Shown here: piece by piece, positions 51,500 to 63,559 of the stretch
How positions within the stretch are numbered: position 1 is the stretch's first letter
How the letters are laid out: each line of letters begins with the position of its first letter
Assembly: GCA_030324005.1 (NCBI GenBank)
Contig: JARDVH010000110.1
Location: 36,994,931 to 37,058,930 of the forward strand
Direction of reading: 5' to 3'
Source: Negaprion brevirostris
Taxonomy: Eukaryota
Length of the DNA stretch: 64,000 nt
The notes under the pieces: generated by a model
Told to the model about the DNA's origin: nothing
Databases searched by the model: none
The model's input: the letters and a program-made list of their open reading frames with translations, nothing else
Made by a program: the position numbers and the translations under genes

Positions 51500-51990
51500 T
51501 GAACAAAAGAATTCAGAGCAAGAGTAGACCACTCAGTCCTTTGACCCTGTTCCACCATTCAATAAGAACATGGCTGATGATTGTAACTTCAATTCCACAT
51601 TCCTGCCTACCCTGATACCCTTTCACCGCCTTGTTTATCAACAATCTATCTACCTTATAAATGTTCAAAGAATGCTTCATTGCTTTTTGAGGAAGAGAGT
51701 TCCAAAGACTTACAAATATTTGAGAGAAAAAAAACTCTTTATTTCTGTTTTAAATGCGTGACTTCTTATTTTTAAACACTGGCCCCTAGTACTAGATTCT
51801 CCCACAAGAGGAAAACATTCTCTCCACATCAATTCTGTTAAGAGCCCTCAGGATCTTAAATGTTTCTATCAAATTGTCTCTTACTCTTCTAAACTCCAGT
51901 GGTTAAAAGCCTACCGATCAAATCTTCCCTCATAAGACCACATATCCATTCCAGGTATTAATTAGTGAACCTTTTTTGAACTTCTTCAAT
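51500..51990 (-). mobile_element. CR1 LINE 3' fragment
   Basis: ctagattctcccacaagagg...ttactcttctaaactccag. Confidence 0.85.
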
Positions 51991-54197
51991 GCATTCTCTC
52001 TTGTTGGAGATGGTTATTGTATGGCACTTATGTGGCACAATTTCATTTTTCATCACAAGCTAAAACATTGTCCAAGTCTTGTTGCATATGGGCACGGACT
52101 GAAAGGTCGTGCATAGGGGGCATGAGGGCCATGGGGGGTGGATGGGAGCATAATTTGGGATAAGGGGCATGAGAAGAACCTTTCGAATTCACATTTTAAA
52201 ATGTCTTCTCATGTAGTGTAGGCTTTATGCCTCCTCTGAGAAGCCGTAAACCACAACTCTGTCCCAATCTGTGACAATTATAGAGGAGAAGGTTGTGAAT
52301 CCCAGAATTGGAACCCACCCATCATTTTCAAAGGGGAGCTGAGTCAGCCTAGCTTGGTGAAAATTCAGCCCTTCAACTTCACAATTTAACTTTGTGTTGA
52401 AGCTGCTCTTTTCCCTACACCATCACCATAAAATCTCAGAACATTTGGCCCAGCAAAAGTAATTATACGATTGATTGATTAAGAGTACTGCAGTTCCAGA
52501 TTTACATAAGGCTTTGGAATTTTGAGTTCAGAACTGAAGCACTTTCAGAAACAAAATTCAACAACCAAATTGGTAAGAACCTATATTTATAAATTGCATG
52601 CTTGAACAGGGTTGCTTCAAGTGCCTTTGTGTGGCAGACAGTGCAGTTTACAGTTCTATTGATGCTTCTCAATGATTACAGAAGATGTAATCAGGCTGTC
52701 AGCCTTGAGGAGTTTCCTCTGCCACTTCACTATTCAGAAACCGCATTTCACATGCGCTACATTGGTATGTACTCAATATTATGAAAAGATACTAGATTTT
52801 TTTAAAAAACATACAACATCAGAACAAAAAAAATACTTGCCAATGCTAGTTCTCAGTCCAAAATGCAAGGATATTCTAGCACAAGTGACCTATGCGATGA
52901 AACTTTTTCCTGGAGATGAAGGTCACAGCAATGGCTCTGTTCAGCTTCCTTATTACATGGCTGGCTGTATGGAATCTCAAGGCAACAGGCCATTAAGTAG
53001 ATGCAGAATGGGAGAGGTGGGCATGCCTACCAGGGCCTGAGGCAGAAATCCAGATGATGAGATTGCCATCAACTATCTCCACGGCAAGTGCTGGTGCAAT
53101 ATTTAAAGTTCTGCCAACTGTGCATTCATTGGAGTCTGGCTGGAAACCTCCTGCTTTCTGAAGCTGCCTTGGGCTATTGAACTATTGTGCTCCTGCTGCC
53201 TTGAGTTATCTGCTCCTGCTGATGCTCCCTTTAATGAGGACTCAGTCCAAGCAAGGATATCATCGCAGGTCAACAATAACAATTGCAGAGGGAAGGTCAC
53301 AGGTAACCCCTACGACTCAGTGATAGCTCTCTGCAGGGTCACCTCCAGTCTGGAAGGACAAAAGGTAGAGGGTTCTCTATGCCAGAGGACGAGATGAAAC
53401 AAGCCTGGAGAGAGATTGTGGAGGAGTCATTAAGTCAACCCACCAAACCAGGATCCAATGCCCTAAGAGGGTTGATAACCTAATTCGATCTCCCAGAGTG
53501 AGTTTTCCCTTTGGGGATCGAATGTGGAAAAGCTAAAAGCTTCCTCATTAACAAGGAAGTGAGCACACAGTTGATGACAAGGGAATCAAGCAACAGTATT
53601 TCCTGTCATTGACATGGCTGCGTTCCAGTGAAAGATGTCTATCTGTGATTGCTGACTCTCACAAAGACCTCGGCAGTGACAGAATGCAGGTGGCACTTGC
53701 ATGTTTCTTTCATGGACCAGTTGGATGCCTTCAGCATAGACACCATGCTTGTTAGCAACAACAGCCTTCCTTCTTGTGCTTGCAGGAGAAGACAATGCAC
53801 AGAGAAACTGCACGCTTGTCTATGAATTTTAAAAGAAATAAATAAAACCATGATGATGTACAGCAGGCATCACAGTGTTTCAAAAAAACCTCAAAAACCC
53901 ATCAGAATTAGTCTCTACTCAGCTACAGGGTTAACCCAGATGTCTTCAATATCAGAACTTGCCAAGACTTTTCCTTCAGAGTTTCATCTGAGCAATAACA
54001 TCCACAACTGTTCACAATCTCCTCTGATAGTCTCAGAGCCCCTCTCACAAAGAGAATACACACACAAATTCCACCCCAGATATTTTCTTTTAAAAAGGAT
54101 TTGGTACAGATTTTCATCTGTATTCAATTTGACATCAAGTTATTAGGCATAAAGTTAATAACCTGACAATAGGAAACAATCAGCCAAGACTGATTAT

Positions 54198-54269
54198 GTG
54201 AAGGTGGTATAGTGGTGAGCATAGCTACCTTCTAAGCAGTTGACGCGGGTTCGATTCCCGGCCATCGCA
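54198..54269 (+). pseudogene. tRNA-Gly(TCC)-derived pseudogene, anticodon now TCT
   Basis: GTGAAGGTGGTATAGTGGTGAGCATAGCTACCTTCTAAGCAGTTGACGCGGGTTCGATTCCCGGCCATCGCA closely resembles vertebrate Gly-TCC; mismatches in acceptor, anticodon and T stems. Confidence 0.88.
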
Positions 54270-54279
54270 AAATCGGTGA

Positions 54280-54287
54280 TTTTTTTT
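54280..54287 (+). terminator. Pol III terminator (T8)
   Basis: T run 10 nt downstream of the tRNA 3' end. Confidence 0.7.
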
Positions 54288-54289
54288 AG

Positions 54290-54633
54290 AGGCAGCATGA
54301 TAGCACAGTGGCTAGTACAGCTGCTTCACAGCTCCAGGGACCTGGGTTCAATTCCTGGCTTGGGTCACTGTCTGTGTGGACTTTTCACACGTTCTCCTCA
54401 TATCTGCGTGGGTTTCCTCCGGATGCTCCGGTTTCCTCCCACAGTCGAAAGATGTGTGAGCTAGGTTGATTGGCCATGCTAAAATTGCCCTTAGTGTCCT
54501 GAGATGCGTAGGTTAGAGGGATTATTGGGCAAATGTGTAGGGATATTGGGATAGGGCCTGGGTGGGATTGTGGGACTCGACTCAATGAGCCGAATGGCCT
54601 CTTTCTGAACTGTAGGGTTTCTATGATTCTATG
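54290..54633 (+). mobile_element. Full-length HE1 SINE
   Basis: Head, V-core and ttctatgattctatg tail. Confidence 0.95.
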
Positions 54634-55344
54634 ACTGGCAGAGGGATGCTGTGCCTCCACAACATCACCCCATGGAGAGAGGATAGGGCCATCTTGTAAG
54701 CACAGCAGATTGATCACATAGTTGCTTATGGAGAGACAGGTGTGCCAATGCTAGAGGGTGAGAGAATGAGTGAGAGTTCACTTGGGGGCATCAGGCACAA
54801 AGAAGACATAGGGCCCATGTGGCCAATATTGGAGACAAGGAGTTCCACATCAGACATGGTTGGAATGAGGAAACGGGAAGTTATTAACCTTTTCATGTTT
54901 ATATTATCCTATACAGGTGAGAAGCAGGCTGGGAAAGAGCAGCTTGTGAGACTGGGAGCCAGCCAGACACCTCAAAGAGTACTTGGCATTCTTCCACACA
55001 TCCCACCAGCACAGATACTCCTATGTCAGTGGGTATGTGTTCATAATTATATTCAGATCACAAAGTAGTGAACACAACCGAGTAGCTAAAAGCGGTTTCA
55101 ACAGCAGAGGTCACTAACAGTCAGAGGACTGAGGAAGGCCAGGCACCTACTGAGCCCAGGCTATTGATGGGTCTCTATTGTTGATTAAAACATAACAACT
55201 GCCACAGCTGCAGTGAGAGATTGTTGCACATCTGGAGATGCCAGTGGCTATATGTACCTGTGATTGGGCAATGGAGGAGGCTATCCAGGCCAAGAGTGTT
55301 CTCAAGCCTCTGATGGGTGTAAGTTTGGTTTCCTCCATTGACTG

Positions 55345-55675
55345 GGGCAGATGGTAATGTAGTGGTAATATCATGAGACTAGTAATCCACAAGGCCCAGG
55401 CTAATGCTTTGGGGACAAGGGTTCAAATCCCATTGTGGCAGCTGGTGAAATTTAAAGTCAATTAATAAAATCTGCAATAATAAAATCTGATCAGTAATGT
55501 TGATCATGTTGTCAATTGTCAACCCACCTGGTAGGTGAATGCCTTTAATGAAAAAAATCTGCCATCCTTATTGAGTTTGGCCTAAATGTGACTTCAGACC
55601 CATTGCAATGTGTTGACTTTTAACTGCCCTCTGAAGTGGCCTAACAAGCATTCAGTTCAAGGGCAAATAAGAACA
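55345..55675 (+). mobile_element. tRNA-derived SINE family B
   Basis: A box tagtggta, B box gggttcaaatccc, tail gccctctgaagtggcc...gttcaagggcaa. Confidence 0.75.
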
Positions 55676-55677
55676 CA

Positions 55678-56525
55678 ACATAAGAACATAAGAAATAGGA
55701 GCAGGAGTAGGCCATCCAGCCCTTCGAGCCTGCCCCGCCATTCNNNNNNNNNNNNNNNNNNNNNNNNNNNNNNNNNNNNNNNNNNNNNNNNNNNNNNNNN
55801 NNNNNNNNNNNNNNNNNNNNNNNNNNNNNNNNNNNNNNNNNNNCCTACTTTTATATTCAATCCCCCTCGCTATGAAGGCCAGCATCCCATTAGCCTTCCT
55901 GACCACCTGCTGCACCTGTAACAAATCCTATCCCGCCAACAATGACTACATATATGAAACAATAAAATGTAAAAAACCCTCACGGAGACTCAGATGCAGT
56001 AGACCACTCAGCAGACCTACGTATAGCAACATACCATCACCTTGCCCAAGAGATCTACATAACGATTCCAAAGCGAGGGGAGGTTGAGGCACCTGGAGAC
56101 TCCACAGGTCTTCATCCTTCTCAGATTTGCACGGAGGTATGTGTGTCTTCCATGGGGAACACACTGACATTTGTAGGGAGGTAACAAGCTTGTCCCCAGC
56201 TAAACTACAGGTGCAGACGTGGCACCTCAAAAGGAGCACCTTTGGATGACACATCAAAGGAGAGTTGAGAAGAGCATTTAGCTGCATTTGGCATTCACAG
56301 ATGATTGCCATGTATATCACATTATGGAATGAGCTGCCAGAGAAAGCGGTTGAGGCAGGTACAATATCAAAATTTAAAAGGCATTTGGATAACTACACTA
56401 TGGGAACGGATTAGAGGGATATAGGCCAAAATTGGGCAATTGTGACTACCTCTGGGGGTACCTAGTTGGCATGGACCGGCTGGGCCGAAGATCTGTTTCC
56501 GTGCTGTATTGTTCTATGACTATGG
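55678..56525. mobile_element. CR1 fragments (55678-55920 minus; 56320-56525 plus)
   Basis: LQVQQVVRKANGMLAFIARGIEYKSR; tggaatgagctgccagagaaagcgg. Confidence 0.88.
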
Positions 56526-56703
56526 ATGGGATTCTACGGCCTCGCTTCAGCGAGACTGTAAGATCCCACTTGAGGTGAACAGAAATTTCCATTGTGGGAC
56601 CCTCGTCTGTCCCAGAATCACTGAGGGCAAGGTTGCAGAGTTCAACTATGTTTAGTCGTTGTGTCTTGTCTCTGTTGCACATTTTAATAAATCTTTCACT
56701 CAC

Positions 56704-57334
56704 TCTTCCTGTTTCTCATTCTAATTCTTGCTGCCTGTAACATCTTATCTACAGCATGATTCCCTCAATGGTACGACTGGTGCTGTGGCAGCTGGGACTG
56801 CTGGAGTATGTAGATGTCATGGCTGCATCCTGGAAACTGTACACTCTGCTTTCAATGGTCACATGCCAGTTTAACACTGATGTAATGGAACCTTGTCCCC
56901 GACTTTGCCATTGTCTGACTGTTCTCCATGTGCTGCATCTTCCAGCCACTGCAAAATGATCCTCCCGATGGTTTCGCAGAGCCAGCACTTACCCCCTTCG
57001 TTGCCGTTCTTTGCTTCATTAGGAGGAGCTCTGAAGTCATGTGATCCCCAGGCCTCAAAATGAGCTTTTAAGTCCTTTTTGCCTTTTAAGTACCTCAGTT
57101 GGTGTCCCACCATGCTGATATGTGATGTCTTCCTCCATGCTTCTCACTGGCGCTAAATTCTGGAAGTCACGTCATGATGCCAGATTTCTGGCAAAACATG
57201 GTCTGCTCCCATTCTAATACCTTGCCAAACTCATTTTAAATTGTCCAGGAAAATTTTGGCCATGAATTTTTGGGCAATTTTTGTGAAAGTTCTTCATAAA
57301 ATCTCTGCTTCTGAGTAATATAGCTCCCTTTCCT
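56704..57334 (-). pseudogene. Exon-like block split by a Harbinger-type insertion (56759-57261)
   Basis: Acceptor ttttcttattttgcag|, donor GA|GTGAGT; ATG duplicated at 56756-56758 and 57262-57264; rejoined frame GKGAILLRSRDFMKNFHKNCPKIHAVDKMLQAARIRMRNRK is open. Confidence 0.5.
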
Positions 57335-59484
57335 CTGCAAAATAAGAAAATATATGATTCTTGTATTTCGTCCCATCCTGGATGCTTTGTAAATTTATGG
57401 TTAAAGTATTGAGCTGCAACAAAACCAAATTCAAGTCTTCTATGGTGACTTTTTTTGAAGCAATGTTTCACTTTGTTTTGTTTATTTCTCATCATTGAGT
57501 GATCTGCTTTGTATTGTCGCTATCTCTGAAAAACCATAAGGATAAGCTATACTAAAAAAATTTCCGAAATTACACTCTGAAACATGCTGTGCCTGGGGCA
57601 CAGAAATAATGGTTAGATGGCCTCAAACTTCAATTTCTGTAAGTAGAGGTTTAGAAAAGGAATTATGCATAAGTTCACTTTTTCACTCATTCCTTCTTTT
57701 TCCAGTGTTTCAACCTATGCTAATAAGACTGGCAAAAGATAGCGGTATCAGTATTAGCCAGAAAGATCTGCAGAAGCCAGCCAGTTACACAAATTCTAAA
57801 CCGAAGAATTATTTGCACAGAGCACAGAGGAAGCTTTGCAAATCTACAATTGCAATGCAAATCCCCGTACAGTCACTCTCTGAATGCTGATTTGGAAACC
57901 TGTATGAAGCATTTGGAAGTACGATTAGATGATAGACAATGGAAACGTGCATAATTTGTAGGCCTCCATCAGAGTTAAGTTGAAATAGGAACATAATGGT
58001 TCTGGGTGGTTCACAACACATGTTAATTCCTCACAATCCAGTTATCTAGCCTAGGCCACCACAAGCCAATCCTTTTGAGGGCATATTGTTACTGATGAGA
58101 GTAAAGGTAAAGGCTGCAAGATTTGCCTCTGAAGCTCTCATATTTTCAGGAATATGGCGCAAAATAGCATCAGTAGTGCGACACTACTGGGTGACCCAGT
58201 GGGACACCATTTTGGTAAGGCCATTAGCTGCATGAACTGGAAGTGTGCAGGATGTGATGTCAGTCAATGTATAATGTCATTCTGACATTAATGTTGTCTT
58301 CCATCCGGTGGCGAATGCTGGATATCCAGCAGGAGATGTGTAGAAACCTGGTGGAGCTTCCAGAGGGAATGCATATCCTGGTCCATACAATGGAGGAGTC
58401 CTGAGTTCTGTGATCACCCTCTACTCTGAGTGCACAGGGGAGTGTGTCACTGAGTGCGATGTAAAGTGGGTGGTTGCCACAATTGAATAGCTGTCATTGT
58501 GTGCAGGGTATGCAACTTGAGTGTGAGGAGTGCAATAGCACTCAGTTGTGAGGGTGAGGTGGACCTATGAATTTAAGGTACAGAGCAAGTCTTTGTTGAT
58601 GAAGGCATTTGGAAGGTGAGAGAGAGGTTATGGTGCATTGTGCAGTGAGCAAGGCTAATACTGCAATTGGTGCAATGCAGCATTGAAGACTTGACATTGA
58701 AGATCTTTTAGCACTGCATCATCTAAATCACTGCTGCTGCGGTAACAGTTATCTGTCCCCATTGTCTTTTGCTGAGTTCAACTGCAGGGCCTTGTGTCCC
58801 TCTGTGTAGAGCAAACCTCTGTAAAGGGCAGATCTCTGTGAGGGGCGGACCTCTGTCCTTCTGCTCGCCTTGGAGCTCACTTTGTTCCATGTTGTGTCAT
58901 TCTCTGGTCAAAGTAATTTGTCCAAAGAATTCCAGTACCTGCTGAGTCCAAAATACAACTACCCTTTAAGTGATGTAGATTTGTTTTAAGTAATGCAGGC
59001 TACCCGGAATTCATGCTAGCATCTCAGGATCTTGAGCCTCTGGTATTCAGATGTGCATCATTCAGTGCCCTTAGCACTGAGTAAATGTAAACTTTAGCAC
59101 ACTATAATCACTGAGAAATAAAAGCCTTCAGACAGTAGCTTTATTCAGAGCACATTACTCATCAGCTCAAGCTAGTTGATCTGGCAGATGGACACGATAG
59201 ATTAACACTCCTGATTTGCAGCTCTGATAGTGTGGCTACCAAATAGGGACAGAGAGAATTAGCTTTTAGGCATATCTTGTGACCAATATTTTCTGCCTGA
59301 GATCAAAAGGATCACCATCAATCTGGCTAAAAGAGAAAGGGAATGATTTTAAGAGGACAGGACATTGGCAAATTCAGGAGGAGAAAACTAGCAGGTAACT
59401 ATCATTTTACCCTAAATCCAGAATGTGACCAACATTGATAATCCTCTCACTGACCTCAGGATATACCTACTTACAAAACCTACA

Positions 59485-62400
59485 AGCAGAATTTTCCAAT
59501 TTTTTTTCAGTGTCTCTCAGTCAGAAAACTGGAGAGAATCCCACCAGTGCTGTCGATGAGAATTTCATGAGTTTCACACCACACCTGTGAGAGCCTGCCC
59601 CTGATTCCCTTGCCTGGGAAAACTTAATCTATGCAGTCAGTGGGGCACACTATTTAAATGCCTCTTGTTCCAAGTCCAACTGGGGGATTGCTTCCAGGAA
59701 GACTGCACCATGCTTTAATCAAGGGAGTCCTCAGCAAATCTCTGGATGGGGTCTAGCAGAGGTGGGTGGCCCTGTACCCTCAATTGGGCAGACATCCTGC
59801 CAGCATCCAGCCAATCCCACCTGGGAGATTATGGCTGCGATTGTGAGTGGCAGCACACTGCATAAAATTATGATGCTACGGTGCCGGAAGAAGATGAATG
59901 ACCTTCAACAGCCAGGGTTAGTCAGCCTCCTCATGTCTCCCGATGACTCAACCCTTTAACCTCCACAGTGATCGCTCTCCTAGTCAATGTGCGGGATCAT
60001 TGTACTTCCCCATTCGAGGAAAAAGTTCTTGAGCTGGCTACTGAGAAGCAGGGCTGCACATGTGCAGCGTGTGAGGTGGGGGCCAAAAACACAAATGAGA
60101 ACCCTCAACACACGCAGCCAGGGTACAAGCCTCATGAGAATGAACATTCTCCAATCAGCGTTCTCCTGTTCCGCACTAATGCCACCTCCCTTCCATTGTG
60201 GGTCAATCAGCAGAACAGCAGTAAATCAGCAGACCAGCCCCGACCATCCTCATAGCCCTTGGACACTACAGATCGAAATGGCTCTGCAGGATACGTCTCA
60301 GAGACCAGCAGTGAAGAGGCATCTTATCTGTCATCCGCACCTTCACCAGCACAGATACTTGCACCCCGGTGGGATTACTAAGTAGACAGGCTTCTGTGTC
60401 ACTCACTGGTGACTAGCTCATACCTGAACATCCACAGTAGGTGGAGGCAGGGTTGCACTGTGGATCTGGCATAATGAAAGATACTGGAACACAGGACCTT
60501 GCTGAGCTCCTGACTGATAATATGCCCTGGTTCCANNNNNNNNNNNNNNNNNNNNNNNNNNNNNAGTCGTGAGCATGAGGAAAGGATGACTGCATCCCGC
60601 CTTAGACTGCAAGGCTAACTGGATGTGTTTCATCACCTTCTGCCCAAGGCAATGCATGAAGTGACCATGATAACAATGTCCTGCAGGTCCACATTGCTCC
60701 TCGCAGATCATTCTGGCAGAAATGCTAAGAACCTTCAGACCTCAGTGGGCCACATGCCACCCCACCCCCATCCTCAGTGTGAGGACTAGGTTGGAGACGG
60801 CTCCAACCTGCTGAAGCCAACTCATTGAGCAGCAGGCCATGCACTCCATGGTGGGGAATGTTCACTTCACAGCTCAAATCATGACCTCCATGGTGCTGGG
60901 CTTCAACTTCACGAAGAAGGCACAGGTAGGAATCCATGAGTGCCACTGGCAGAGGATGGTGAGGCTTCTGGATCTCACTCCAGCTGCACCTCTATCCTCT
61001 AGAAGAACGCAGGAGCCCCTCTGCACCCAAAGAGAAGAGGATTGACAAGGAACTGTCTACAGCCTTCCACCCAGGAGGTGTCCAGTCCATCTGACACGCC
61101 CCTCCCTGTGAGTGACACCTCCAGCCCACACACTGAAGAGAGTAGCAGTACCGCACCAGGCTGCCTGAAAGCAGGCCCACCTCAAGGTCCCAGCCACCAG
61201 GGATGCCCTTCACCTCAGACAATAGGGTATGGAATTCCGCAGGCCACCCTCAATCTCAGCTGGAGATACACCTAAATGTAGTGAGAGGGTAAGGAAGAAT
61301 AAAAGATGATAGGTACCTAATGAGCATGGATGAACTTGGCGCAGAGATAAATTACCAATGTAGTAACTAACTTGTATTAAAATTCATTTTGATCAGCCAT
61401 AAGGAGCCTCCACATTGTCATGTCATAGTGCCACACTCATCAAACCCCACACTAACTCTGCGCTTCTTCCTTGTGGAGCGCTGTGTCTCTCTCACACTAA
61501 CAACAGTAATGCCACGCTGCTCTTGGCATGGTGAGTGACAGGTCATATTCAGCTCCTGTCAGACAGGAGTCAGACATATTGCAAAGCATAAGAAGAGTAT
61601 TGCTCTGTCCTCACTACCTGTCATCATCATTATTCTAAAGCGTTCGGTCAGTAACTTCAGCTACTTCCCATGCATGGAGTGACCATGATAATGATGTCCT
61701 GCAGGTCCCACATTGCCTTTCAGATCAGTCTGTCAGAAATGCTGTGAACCTTCAGAGTCTCATGGGTCACATGCCACCCCACCCCCATCCCACATGTGAG
61801 GACTGAGGGAAGTTGACTTTGATCAATCAACTTGCATTCCAACCTCACAGGTGAACAAGATTCTGCCACCTGTCATGTCCTCAATGGGGTGACTGAAGAT
61901 CACCTCTACCTTCCTGCCTTGCATTAGGAGGACCATGTGTGACTCTGAGCGATTCCGGTGCCTGGACCAATCTGCCATTGGTCCAATATCACTCCATCAT
62001 GGAGAGGTGGGTATAAACCCCAATGTTCACTGTCGGGGGTTCATTTCCCAAAGGGTTAACCATTTGACACCAATCAGTGGCACACTTATTGATTGCAGGG
62101 CTGACTGAATTGGCACAATTGACTTGACAAGGAAGGGTCAGGGAACTGATCAAACTACTGGCTTCCCCATGTAACAGACAGGGTACACCTGATCCTGATC
62201 CATGTTCTGAAGCAATTTTCTGTCATCATCGTCCTTAAATGGCACCCCCATGATTAAATGAGCCCCCACCTTGAACGCTGACTTTATTCCAATGGCCTGG
62301 CCTCCAAAACTAGTGACTTTTCACTTCCAGAGAACTCAGTCCCTGAGGATGCACATTGTATCCTGAAGGTTGGGGGCTCATTCTGACTGCACTCATCATC

Positions 62401-63110
62401 CTTCCTGAACGACGGTCCTCTGCCCTCATGCAGCTGACTAACATCCCTTGTCAGAGTCCCCAACTCTGACCATCCAACTTGGCATTTCAAGGACCCAATC
62501 CAGGGACCTGACAGTTGCCCCTTCCCCCCCTTCACCTCCCAACCCCATGCTTATTTAGTGATTGCACTTGTTTTCACCCACATCCAGCTGTTATTCTAGA
62601 AGGGCAAATCCTCAGCAGAGAAATGGTCACAAGTGCAATAAGGGGGGTATGAGAAGCTCTGCCATGCACACCAGCTGGCAGATTCCTTGAGCCCTGGAGG
62701 AGCAAAAGGACTGAAGTGCCATTAAACCCCCCTCGCCTTAAATCAGACCCAAGTTCCACTTATCTGGGTCCACATGCGTCCTCTCTGATTTCCCCACTCC
62801 AATTTATACCCTGTAGGGTGATGGTAGCATGAGCACTCACCTCCAATATCACCTTTGGATGTGAGATCACCAGGTTCTCATCTTCACACGGCTCTGGTAA
62901 AATATGCTGGCCACCAGTTTGCATTGAACATTTAATGAGTGGGTGGGCTTGCTAATGTATTTAAATGAGGTTTCTGTCCTCACTGAGTGGAAAACTTTTT
63001 AGGTCATTCGTAAGGGATGCTGATGAGAATCATATTTCCTGACTCTTAGAGGATTTTGCGCCCACATTGCCATTCTAGCTGATGGCTAACGTGGGCTCAA
63101 AATTCCTCCT
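59485..63110 (+). mobile_element. Large decayed PIF/Harbinger element (Myb/SANT ORF on plus, transposase debris on minus)
   Basis: SRKTAPCF...LDGV.QRWVALYP...NPTWEIMAAIVSG...RCRKKMNDL at 59690-59920; TIR-like agaattttcc and aaaattcctcc. Confidence 0.75.
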
Positions 63111-63559
63111 TACATCTTGTGGTGAAGGGATATGTTAATCATACCTCCCACTTTAGCAGAGGAAACATATATTGTACATTGCATGATATAATTCCACCCT
63201 TATAAACAACGCATCAACTGGCTTACTGCCGGAAACATCAGGGGAAATCAGCTAGTAAATATAATATATTATAGTAGTGTATTTATTGTGAGTTTTGAAA
63301 TGTATTACATTCACTCAGATAGAGTTAGAATGAGACACGTGATTTCTGTCAACCAGGAGACATTTGATTGAATAACCTCTACTAAACCACTTGATCCACA
63401 TCACGAAACCAGGCCTCTCTCCACTACTTCCATCAGTATTGTCAAGAGCGTGGATGTTTGGTTTTGATTCATATCATCAATAGATGCAAGTGTTGCTCAA
63501 CATTATAATTTACCGCATGTCATGTGGTTACATATAAACTCAGTTTTGATCTTAATACA

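Noticed and set aside
37390-57334. Faint resemblance of the fossil exons to the LRRIQ3 C-terminal coiled-coil region
   Set aside because: Only compositional similarity from memory; no diagnostic LRR or IQ motif was seen, so no gene name is assigned.
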